Source: Macrostomum hystrix (lineage: Eukaryota > Animalia > Platyhelminthes). From it: a DNA stretch of 64,000 nucleotides. The position numbers and the translations under genes are program-made. Under the pieces are notes generated by a model. The model had not been told where the DNA came from and did not search any database. It saw only the letters and a program-made list of their open reading frames with translations. The stretch lies in contig CATNEN010000038.1 of NCBI GenBank assembly GCA_950097015.1, forward strand, positions 16,182,001 to 16,246,000. Reading direction: 5' to 3'. Shown here in pieces: positions 25,259 to 37,200 of this stretch; within the stretch, counting starts at the first letter, position 1, and each line of letters opens with the position of its first letter.

Positions 25259-28200
25259 ATGGTCAACATGAAAGCTAGCTTAATCTGCTTACTTCTGATT
25301 ATCCCATGGATAAGTGGCAGGGTGATGCCACTAATTCGACACTCTTATACTGAATGGACTTTTGATTCAACTCTGAAGTAAGCTTATTTTACCTGGTTTT
25401 CCAACTTGTTATGATATAATTTTAATTGCTGATCTGTAAAGTATGTTTTATCTCTGTTTTATCTCTCCCCTATCTTATCTCTCCCCTGTCTCATCTCCCC
25501 CCTGTCCCATCTCTCACTGTCCCATCTCTCACTGTCTGTTCTTCACTGTCTCACCTCTCACTGCCTCATCTCTCACTGTCCCATCTCTCACTGTCCCATC
25601 TCTCACTGTCCCATCTCTCACTGTCCCATCTCTCACTGTCCCATCTCTCACTGTCCCGTCTCTCACTGTCCCATCTCTCACTGTCCCATCTCTCACTGTC
25701 CCATCTCTCACTGTCTGTTCTTCACTGTCTCACCTCTCACTGCCTCATCTCTCACTGTCCCATCTCTCACTGTCTCACCTCTCACTGTCTCATCTCTCAC
25801 TGCCGAATCTCTCGCTGTCTCATCTTTCCCCTGTCTCATCTCTCCCTTGTCTTATCTATCTAAGGTCTCGTCTCTTCGTTGATTCGTCTTCTGTCTCATC
25901 TCTCACTGCCGCTTCTCTCAGCCTTATCTCTCACTGTCCGATCTCTCACTGTCTCATCTCTCACTGTCTCATCTCTCACTGTCCCATCTCTCACTGTCCC
26001 ATCTCTCACTGTCCCATCTCTCACTGTCCCATCTCTCACTGTCCCATCTCTCACTGTCTCACCTCTCACTGCCTCATCTCTCACTGTCCCATCTCTCACT
26101 GTCCCATCTCTCACTGTCTGTTCTTCACTGTCTCACCTCTCACTGCCTCATATCTCACTGTCCCATCTCTCACTGTCTCACCTCTCACTGTCTCATCTCT
26201 CACTGCCGAATCTCTCGCTGTCTCATCTCTCGTCTGTTTAATCTCTCTGTCGTATAGTTCCTGCCCTGTCAACGGTACACTAAGCTACAGCCTTTTCAAA
26301 CAAATCCCACCAGAAACTACGCAGTCCTTGCGCCCAGAGTCTTTCTGCCGGGCCGTGCCTACAGCCTGACTGTCAGCCTGCTGACTCCCGGTGCTCAGCT
26401 GGCTAGCGTGGCCGCTTCGCTGACTTGCATAGCCGGTCGCATCGGCTTCGATGACTTCAGCTTGGAAACTAACTGGAGGGCAACAGAATCAGCCAGACCA
26501 ATTAGTGAGAATCCCTAACCCAACTTAGTATATGACGAAGTCTTTCTTGTTTTCAAGTGACAGAAAGTTACTCCTACCGTTTACCCCAAGCAACATCGCT
26601 AAAGCTTTATTTTCAGTTAGAGGTCGGCGCAAGTTAAGAATCGCTTTGCCGAAGTCACACAATTGGTTATCATGTTTCGCAGGTGTAGTCTATCTAGCTC
26701 TTTAAAACAAACAGAATAAACAAGAGAAAAGTTTGATTAAATCTATGCAGTGATTTCGATGCTTGGAACAAAGTTGTTGCATTTTGCCGTTAAACTCCAT
26801 TTAAGTTACATTGAAATGGTAAACTGGCAATTTTTTCTAACTGAAAGGTGTGGCGTTTAGCCCTTCGTAAAAGTTGTTTATTTAATGCTGTGGTCAGCAA
26901 CTGTCGAATCTACGGTTCGAAAATATTTTAGATACCCAAACCTAGAAGCCTTAAACACCTAGTCAAAATTAACTATAATTGGCTACACCTGTCCTAATTG
27001 GGCCAGATGTGCAGCCGACAGAACTATCGCGTATAGCTGCTCAGTCCATGGGCTGGGTGACGCCACACTTACCCCCAAATTGCTTCAGCAAATGCTAGTA
27101 CCCATTTAACAGCTAAGTGAACTGAAGCAGAGTGTTCGAGAGTAGTCGGGAATCGAACCCCCGACCTTCTAGTCGTTAGCCCGACACTATAACCACTAGG
27201 CTAGCTCACTGTCTTAACTCTCCACTGTCTTATCTGTTCACTTTCTATCTCTCCACTGTCTTATCTTTCTACTGTCTTATCTTTCTTCTGTCTTATCTCT
27301 GTACTATCTTAACTCTGTGCTGTCTTATCTCTTCACTGTCTTATCTTTCTTCTGTCTTATCTCTGTGCTGTCTTATCTCTTCACTGTCTTATCTTTCTTC
27401 TGTCTTATCTCTGTACTATCTTATCTCTGTGCTGTCTTATCTCTGTGCTGTCTTATCTTTCTTCTGTCTTATCTCTGTGCTGTCTTATCTCTGTGCTGTC
27501 TTATCTCTGTGCTGTCTTATCTCTGTGCTGTCTTATCTCTGTGCTGTCTTATCTCTGTGCTGTCTTATCTCTGTGCTGTCTTATCTCTGTGCTGTCTTAT
27601 CTCTGTGCTGTCTTATCTCTGTGCTGTCTTATCTTTCTTCTGTCTTATCTCTGTACTGTCTTATCTCTGTGCTGTCTTATCTCTTCACTGTCATATCTCT
27701 TCACTGTCTTATCTCTGTGCTGTCTTATCTCTGTGCTGTCTTATCTCTGTGCTGTCTTATCTCTGTGCTGTCTTATCTCTGTGCTGTCTTATCTCTTCAC
27801 TGTCTTATCTCTGTACTGTCTTATCTCTGTGCTGTCTTATCTCTTCACTGTCATATCTCTTCACTGTCTTATCTCTGTGCTGTCTTATCTCTGTGCTGTC
27901 TTATCTTTCTTCTGTCTTATCTCTGTGCTGTCTTATCTCTTCACTGTCTTATCTCTTCACTGTCTTATCTATTCACTGTCTTATCTCTTCACTGTCTTAT
28001 CTCTTCACTGTCTTATCTCTTCACTGTCTTATCTCTTCACTGTCTTATCTTTCTTCTGTCTTATCTCTGTACTGTCTTATCTCTGTGCTGTCTTATCTCT
28101 TCACTGTCTTATCTCTTCACTGTCTTATCTCTGTGCTGTCTTATCTCTGTGCTGTCTTATCTTTCTTCTGTCTTATCTCTGTACTATCTTATCTCTGTGC

Positions 28201-31200
28201 TGTCTTATCTCTTCACTGTCTTATCTTTCTACTGTCTTATCTCTGTACTATCTTATCTCTGTGCTGTCTTATCTTTCTTCTGTCTTATCTCTGTGCTGTC
28301 TTATCTCTGTGCTGTCTTATCTCTGTGCTGTCTTATCTCTGTGCTGTCTTATCTCTGTGCTGTCTTATCTTTCTTCTGTCTTATCTCTGTACTATCTTAT
28401 CTCTGTGCTGTCTTATCTTTCTACTGTCTTATCTCTGTACTATCTTAACTCTGTGCTGTCTTATCTCTTCACTGTCTTATCTCTGTGCTGTCTTATCTCT
28501 GTGCTGTCTTATCTTTCTTCTGTCTTATCTCTGTACTATCTTATCTCTGTGCTGTCTTATCTCTGTGCTGTCTTATCTCTGTGCTGTCTTATCTTTCTTC
28601 TGTCTTATCTCTGTACTATCTTATCTCTGTGCTGTCTTATCTCTTCACTGTCTTATCTCTGTGCTGTCTTATCTCTGTGCTGTCTTATCTCTGTGCTGTC
28701 TTATCTTTCTTCTGTCTTATCTCTGTACTATCTTATCTCTGTGCTGTCTTATCTCTGTGCTGTCTTATCTCTGTGCTGTCTTATCTCTGTGTTGTCTTAT
28801 CTCTGTGCTGTCTTATCTCTCTACAGTCTTATCTCTTCACTGTCTTATCTTTCTTCTGTCTTATCTCTGTACTATCTTAACTCTGTGCTGTCTTATCTCT
28901 GTGTTGTCTTATCTCTGTGCTGTCTTATCTCTCTACAGTCTTATCTCTTCACTGTCTTATCTTTCTTCTGTCTTATCTCTGTACTATCTTATCTCTGTGC
29001 TGTCTTATCTCTGTGTTGTCTTATCTCTGTGCTGTCTTATCTCTGTGCTGTCTTATCTCTGTGCTGTCTTATCTCTGTGTTGTCTTATCTCTGTGCTGTC
29101 TTATCTCTCTACAGTCTTATCTCTCTAATGTATTATCCCTCCACTGTCTCATCTCTTCACTGTGAGTGTGAGTCATACCCGATGTAGTCTTCCCGCGATT
29201 GGACTATTTTAGTCACGCAATTGGGTCACTGAATATTGATTTTTTAAGTGTCGTTCAATGAACTTAGCACCTGACTGGGTTTAAAGAGCATTCAAGAATT
29301 TTCTGTTGATTGTGTTTGGGACGTTTTGTGGTGTAGTGTGTTTTGAATTTTATAAAGATTCTAAGAATCACTTAATCAGTAGGATATGTAGTTAAAGTTT
29401 GTTGAAAATTTGTTTTGAAATACTAAAAAATGTAAGCTATTTTTAACAGAAATCATTTTTCTATTTTATTTTAGATTCTGTTCTGCTGAACATGAGTCTA
29501 GAAAGAGTAAGTAACGTATTTTATTTCATTCAATACTGCATTAAAATTAACAAAAATTTGTAAATATTCGAGTTCATTATCTCCGCTTTGGCCTGGCCAG
29601 CGGTCTGTAGTGATTAGTGATCAGTGATTAGGTTAAGATAAAGCAGGGAACAAATGAGACAAGGAAAGGAACCATAGAGCGCATATTTTTTCTCACTTTC
29701 ATTCCAGATGCTATGTATAGATGTCCATTGCTGGGTCAATTAAATAATCGTAGTCAATCGCGTAGAACCTTTGGCTTCGATTCGGCAAATCCTCCGGCAT
29801 TCTCATAGACATCTATATGCGCTATATATAGATGTCCATGGACATTCTAGGCCAGGGGTCGGCAAACTTATTAGCGTGCGGGCCACGGACAGAACCTAAA
29901 AGACGACAGTGGGCCGCATCAACTGTAGGAATATGAGAAATGGGATGAATGAGACACAGGATAAATGAGACAAGGGAGGGATAAGACAGAAGATATAAGA
30001 CAGGGGAGAGATGAGTCACTGGAGAGATGAGACACAGGAGAGATGAGATGAGACAGGGGAGAGATAAGACACAGGAGAGATGAGACAGGGGAGAGATGAG
30101 ACACAGGAGAGATGAGACACAGGAGAGATGAGACACAGTAGAGATGAGACACAGTAGAGATGAGACACAGGAGAGATGAGACACAGGAGAGATGAGACAG
30201 GGGAGAGATGAGATAGGATACTAAAGGTGTTGGAAGGGGCAAGGTGCCGGATTAGGTAGCTTCGAGGGCCGCATCTGGCCCAGCGGGCCGGAGTATGCCG
30301 ACCCCTGTTCTAGGCCATAGACATGTGATTTAAAGTTGGATTATCTTATACATCCGCGGATGTTTTTTGAATCTCTTACGTTTGTCAACTACATGGCAGG
30401 GAAGAAAACTAACATGGCCTTAAACATCCCCCATTTTTACACCAGCCACCAGCTAAGGTAGACAACAGCGCCAAGTGCACCCTGACAGTCCGTCTGACCG
30501 ACGCCTCCAATCGTGAGTTTTCTGACACAGGGACCGTGTCAGTTCGCCTGGTGCAGACGGAACTGTTCATCCAGACTGACAAGGCTATCTATAAGCCCGG
30601 TCAGTTGGTTAAATTTCGCGTCGTTTCAGTTAGCGAATCGCTGAAGCCGGTGTACGAGAACGTCACAGTGTTTGTTAAAGTAAGCTGACAATTTGTGCGC
30701 GAATTTGTTTTTATTTCATTGTTCCATTTTTTAGATCTAATTAGCCATATTTTGTTTTGGTGATTTTGTCTCGTATTATTGATTATTTTAAGATCCGAAA
30801 TGCCATTTTACACAAAATGGCATTTTGTTATGTATTAAGTGTCTCATTCAATTCAAATAAATATTGTCATATGTACACATTTATAATAATAATAATAGTT
30901 ACGCCCCACGCCGACCACAGAAGTGGCCAAGAGGGGGGGCGTCAAATCGCGCGTTTCAGAGCCAGGTCTCTAACATGCTTCTCACCGGCCGCCTGGCTGG
31001 GTGCTCGCGCGTCTTCAAAAAGACGGTCGACATAGCGGGTTGATCGTCCCTGGCCGCGCCTGTGCGGTCCCTGCAAGGTCCACAGAAGGACATCCTGCAG
31101 CGGCTCTGGGCAGTAGGCTTCGGCCCGGATGACATGCCCGGCCAGCGCAGGCGCCGCTGACTCAGCAGGACAGAAAGCCGCGTCAGGCACGCATGCTGGT

Positions 31201-34200
31201 AAAGGGACTCGGTTGTCTCGTTGCCAGGGCCGCAGCGGGCACCGAAAGCGGCGCGAACTAGGGCCGCATGCGCCGCGTTGAGCTGCGCATTGAGCGCCCC
31301 GGTCATCGTCCAGGTCTAAGCATTGTACAACAGGGCGGTCTCGACAACCGCCTGTAACAACTGGGACCTGGCACCGTTCGACAGGGCCTCGGAGAGCAGC
31401 ACCGCCCGCACAGAACGGAAGGCGGCCCAGGCCTTGCCGCGGCGTCTCGCCAGGTCGTTGCCCACGTCAGGCACCAGTCCGCCGAGGTAGACGAACTGAC
31501 GGCACTTCGGGAGCGTGGTCCCGGGGCCGTCACCGTCTCGTAGTTGAATCTCGGCAGGTAGGTTATGCGGCACCGTCAGCAACCTCGGTCTTCCTGGCGT
31601 TGATAGCGAGGCCGACCCTCGCCGCCGCCGCAGTCATTCCGTCCAGCAGCCGTTGGGCGCCTTCGGCCGTCGTAGACAGCAGGGCGAGGTCGTCCGCGTA
31701 GCCGAGGACAGACAGCTTCTTTTCCGGGTGCCGTCGACTAGAGCGCCTTTGAAGCAGAAAACTATCCTCTGCAGTCGGCAGGCCGGTCCTGAGCACCCAG
31801 TCCATTACCAGCACGAAGAGAAAGGGCGCCAGAGTGTCACCCTGCAGCACTCCGGAGGTAGTGCTGAACAGGTCCGACGGTCCGTCTGGCGTCGCTACCA
31901 CAGCGGTGGTGTCCTGATACAGCGCCATGATGGCGGAGATCAGCTGCTGCGGTATGTTGTAGGCACGGAGCACGTGAGGCAGCGCGCCGCGGGCCACTGA
32001 GTCGAAAGCCTTAAAGAAGTCAACAAAGATGATAGATAGATAATGAAGAACAGAGGCCACGCACGCAGTTCAGGCAGTTGCTTGCTGATTAAGGAACAAA
32101 AAAGTTGACTATTAAATTACCAATATTTCGGCCAAAGTTTGGCCTTCGTCAGGGTATTACGCTCGTATTGAAAAAAACGAAAATAAATTTTAAAACGAGT
32201 TACAAGGTTAATAATCAAATTTTAGAGTCAATTAGAGTCAATGGGTTTAAAATGCGTCTCAATGTAGGCATGTTGCCATCGCTGTGCGGGAGCAGGTGGT
32301 CAGTTGGATGAGTACGTCTCCTCTGAAATGTGGTTAAGCGTACAATCGATCAGAGTTGGAAGTCTTGAGGGGCAGAGTATGTCTTTTGACGAGCGGGACT
32401 TGGTGTACGCAGCTACAGTGTTCAGACCCTGTGCGTGCTCAGATATGGCAGTGCGCATTTTGCGTATAGTGCTTGCAGAGTGGTCATTGAATGGAATCAC
32501 TATGGGAATGCATGCACTTTTGTTATTGTCAGCTGTGATTATTCCAGCGAGAGCCATGGTGCTTAATAAGCCGATGAGTTTCTGCTCCATGTCACGGCGT
32601 TTGCGTTGAGCTGCCGCCTTGTCGGTGTCATTCTCAGGACTGATGTACCACAGTCCCATGAAGCGTAAATCCTGGAGTCTGTGACCTGGAGCGCAAAAAT
32701 GCCTTGCAACTGGGGTGTCCTTGGTTAGTCTGATGTCGCTCAGGTGGGCCTTGAGTCGAGTCCTTAGAGCCCCACCTGTCTCACCTACATAAACGCAGCT
32801 GCTATCGCAAGCTTTGCAAAGAATAGCGTAGACAGTGTTTCTTGAATCGCAGCGGACTTTTTGGCAGATTCTGTAGACCATTTTCGTAGAATTGGAGCCT
32901 GGGCAGACCTGGCCGAATTGGCCGTGCTCCTTGCACAAGTCGCAGCCAGGGGTGTCACAGAATAGGAAACCAAACTCCCAAAGACAATCCGGGTAGAAGC
33001 CTAACTGTCTGAGGGCAGATTTTTTCGCGTTCCGAATCAGACGGACTGAATAACCCTGCTTCTTCAATATGCCCATCAGGTCGCTGCTGGCCTGGTCAAA
33101 GTCGGCTTTGAATGTGCAGCGACGTGCATAGCGTAGGAACTGGGATTTCAAGATACCCTTAAAGGTGTGCTTCGGGTGGAATGAGTTTGGGTTCAAAAGT
33201 TGGCGAGAGTCAGTGGGCTTGAAGTAGATCGAGCAAGTCAGTTTTCTCTTATTATCATGTGTAGTGAGGCCAACATAGCAGTCTAGGAAGTTAACTTTCT
33301 CTTTACTGTGTTGCATTGTGAGCCAGATATTGCTGTCAAATGTATTTAAGTGTCTGTAGTTCCATTAGTTGGGACTCTGTACCAACAAAAACCATGAAGA
33401 TGTCGTCAATGTAGCGTTTATACAACCGTGGCGTGAAGGGTGCAGAACTCAGGGCTCTGGATTCCCAGTCTGCCATAAAGATCGCGTAGGAAGGCGCAAA
33501 AGCTTTCCCCATACTTGTGCCCTTAATTTGAAGATAACGCGTGTCGTCAAAAATAAAGTCATTTTGGTTAAGGTTGATGTCCAAGAGATCTAGTATTTGT
33601 TGATCTGGTCTCGATTGTTGAGGGTAGATCTGAAATGCGTTTTTCACAGTCGCAATCCCTCTATCCGTTGGGATGTTTGTGTAAAGTGATTCGACATCCA
33701 TTGTGACCAGAAAAGCTTCTTCATCCACGGAAAGATCCAGGCTCTGAATCACTGCTTGGAAGTGATCGGTGTCTCGAACGAACGAGTCTTGCTCTTTTGC
33801 GATCGGTTTTAAGAACGTATCAATTAGTTTGGCGCTCATATAAAACTTTCAGAGTTGCAGTCGGAAACAATCGGTCGTCCGGGGGGTACCCCGGGGATTG
33901 GCCAGGACTCTGGATCTTTGTGAATCTTCGGAAGCAAGTAGAAGATTCTATCTCTCGGTTCCTTGGGTGAGACTAGTTGGGAATATTGATGGTTTGTTAT
34001 AATCTTTAGATTCTTTAGGTCTTTGAAGATTTGTGTGATCCGAGCAGTCGTGTGAGTGCTAGCGGCGGAATTCACTTGTTGATAGAAAGTAGAGTTGGAG
34101 AGTTGTCTATTTGCCTCCCGAATGTAGTCTTCGCGGTTCATAATAACCATGTTGTTGCCTTTGTCGGCTGGTTTAATAACAATCGTATTGTTGTTCCTTA

Positions 34201-37200
34201 GACTCTGAATTGCGTTTTTCTGGTGCTCGAGTAGGTTAGGCTTGTTGTAAAGAACCTTCGGAATTTTAATGTTGTCTAGTGCTTCGAACAGGTGTCTGTG
34301 TGATTGCCAGTTCTCGAGATTGATGTTCGGGATCGATTGGCGACAGGGAAACAGGGTCCGTGGTGTAAATGCGCAAGTGCGGCGTTGTAACAGTGAGTTT
34401 AGGGCTACTCTCTTCTTGAAGGTCGAGATTGAGTAACCTCACTGTCAGAAAGCCTATAGTGTGATATGTTAATCACTTGGCTGCTGTTTGCAGTCCCGGA
34501 ACTGTCAAGTTTTTTTGCGCTTTTCCATGTGCCACCTGGAAAATCCTCGAAGCGGATTCATTTGAGAGGCTGACAAGGTCCGGTTGGAATGACAGATGTC
34601 GAGACTGTAGTGTCACGTGGTTCTTCGGGTTGATCGTCCGGAGGTGGCGGTTCAGCTTCTCCGTCGTTTTATGAATGTCGTCCGGTGCCTCAGCGTCAGC
34701 AGCCGAGTCCAGGGTGTAAATGTTGGCCTTTGGGAAAGCCTTGTGGCAGTGGTTGAGAATCGTCGTGAGCTGTTTGTCGATGACACCTTCGAACTGTCTC
34801 GACAGGTCCTGGCCCCACGGGAACAGAATGACGGTTCTGACCAACTGATTAGTGGATTCTGTTTGTCCCCGTAGTACTTTGATCAGGTTCTCGGCTCTGA
34901 GCTTCGGAAAAATCTCGAATTGTACATCCGAGTTTTCCGCACCCGGTTGTGTTAGGCATTCGTCACCGATCGCAATTGTGGATTTTACTATTGGTGAGAG
35001 CTTCCAGTCTTTCTTCGGTCCCTTGTGGACATTCACATTGGTTAATGGTGTCACGGTTGTTTGGCTCTGCTCTTGAAGTGTTTCTTGATTTGCTTCATCG
35101 GTCTCAGTTGGGAGTGGTGCCTGAGTGGCCCCGGTAACATCGCATAGTCGAGTGGCGTTTTGGTCAGATGGTGTGTGGAAGGCCATTGATGAGTGTGTAT
35201 TGTCCGGGTGATTGCTGTCATTCGCAGGTGAGGATGTCTGGTCACAGACCACCCCCGTGTCGAGCCCCTGAGCACAGGCAACTCGACTCTGCGAATTTGA
35301 AGTTTCAGTATTAATTTATCAAAAGTTTTGTCAGATCTATGTTAGCTTGGTTTCCTTTGTTAGTCCAGTCGACCACTGCAGGTGAGGATGTCTGGTCGCA
35401 GACCACCCCCGTGTCAAGCCCCTGAGTACCGGAATCTTGGTCCTGCGAGTTTGAAGATTCAATGGTGACCACACGAATTGCAAGATCAGTGTTGGTTTGG
35501 GTTCCTTTGCAAGTGCCGCTGTCGCTGCACATGTTCGGTTCCTCATTGAAGCTGCACCAGTTAGGAGACAGCTCTGCTTGTCTCCTAACAGGAGATTGGC
35601 ATGTTGGGTCCTTTGATTTGTCAACGTGTCCCCACTATCTGTGGTACTCTGATCCCTGATCTGGGTTATCAACACACCAGGGAGCTGTTCTGAGATCGTT
35701 TCAACTTCATTGGCCCTAGTTGGTGGTTTTGTGATATTTGGGTGAAAGTCATTCAAAAACAAAAGCGATTCACCGGTATTGTCGTCCCAAGTCGGAATGT
35801 TGAGCTGGATTTGCATTCGCCGTAGCTGGGTCTTCAGCGTGTCACGGGAGGAGGAGAACCGCTTGCCGCTGTCTCTTGCGGCCCAACGGAAGCCCACTCG
35901 CCAGCCTGTGTACAGCTCGCTTGCGTCGATCTCCTTGGAAGCTTTTTCGATCTCCTTAGCCAGATCCATAATGCAGTTCTCGTAGTGGCTTTGCATCGTG
36001 TCCTGGGTGCTTAGCTCCCAGTTCTCCGCGTTCTCTTCCACGCGTTTCTGTGTGTGGTCGGAAGGCATCGCTGGTCGGATGAAACTTTTTAGCATCTCCG
36101 TTCTCCGGTGTACGCCGTTGGGTATAGAGTCCCAGTTTCCAAGGTGGTGCACCGCACAGAACAGTTTTTTTACACTGCGGGCGATCTGGGCCGCTCCACC
36201 TGGCATATGTTCCTCAGGACGGACGTCCTGTCGGCTGTCACGGTGGTTGTTCTTGCGGGCGTCCTGGCGAGCTTCACGATGGATGTTCCGGCGAGCTCTG
36301 AAACGCGCCTTTGAAGCAGAAAACTATCCTCTGCAGTCGGCAGGCCGGTCCTGAGCACCCAGTCCATTACCAGCACGAAGAGAAAGGGCGCCAGAGTGTC
36401 ACCCTGCAGCACTCCGGAGGTAGTGCTGAACAGGTCCGACGGTCCGTCTGGCGTCGCTACCACAGCGGTGGTGTCCTGATACAGCGCCATGATGGCGGAG
36501 ATCAGCTGCTGCGGTATGTTGTAGGCACGGAGCACGTGAGGCAGCGCGCCGCGGGCCACTGAGTCGAAAGCCTTAAAGAAGTCAACAAAGATGATAGATA
36601 GATAGATAGATAGATAGATTAACTCTCCCACTTTGTTTTTTTGTCGTAATGCAGCTTTTTGGTTGTGTTTAATTTTAAATAAGTCCCAGAACAATCTAGT
36701 TTCAAAGAATTCAAACGTGACTTCAACACTGAAAGGATTCCGAAGGCAACCTGGTCGATCGATACGAGCACAGGCCGCCTACAGCAGGTGCCAGACGATC
36801 AGTCGTTGATGCAGTCTACACTGGCCAATTCCAGCTGTCTGATCAGCCAAATCTGGGCGAGTGGACCATAATTGCAGAGAGTCAATCTAGCAAGCAGACT
36901 AAATTATTTACAGTGGACAAGTGAGCACATTGTTTATCTGCATTGCAATCTTCTTTGCGTTTCTTGGAATTCAAAATTTACTTAACTTACTCGTTGTTTT
37001 TTTAGTCCTAAACTGCGATCGCTAATAAGTATATATCTCAAAGCTTAGGAAACTATTTTGAATTCGAACGAATGATTCTGAATCCCAACAAAAATCAGAC
37101 ATTCCAGAGAGTGAATAGTCACAAATAATTATCTACGAGCTATATATAATCATGAGGATTAGCCTTTAATCCCTATTCCGGAAGTTCGATCTAAAATCTC

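Noticed and set aside
26618-26682. Possible extra TEP exon ([13 protein letters not shown]..)
   Set aside because: Roughly phase-compatible, but the donor is weak and the model is in frame without it; needs RNA evidence.
27317-29187. 580-603 aa hydrophobic ORFs ([10 protein letters not shown]...)
   Set aside because: Translations of a stop-free 16-bp minisatellite, open in all three frames, inside a TEP intron.
36170-36694. 174-aa RT-like ORF
   Set aside because: Chimera of intron sequence, the GATA repeat, the duplicated LINE fragment and the Penelope 5' end.
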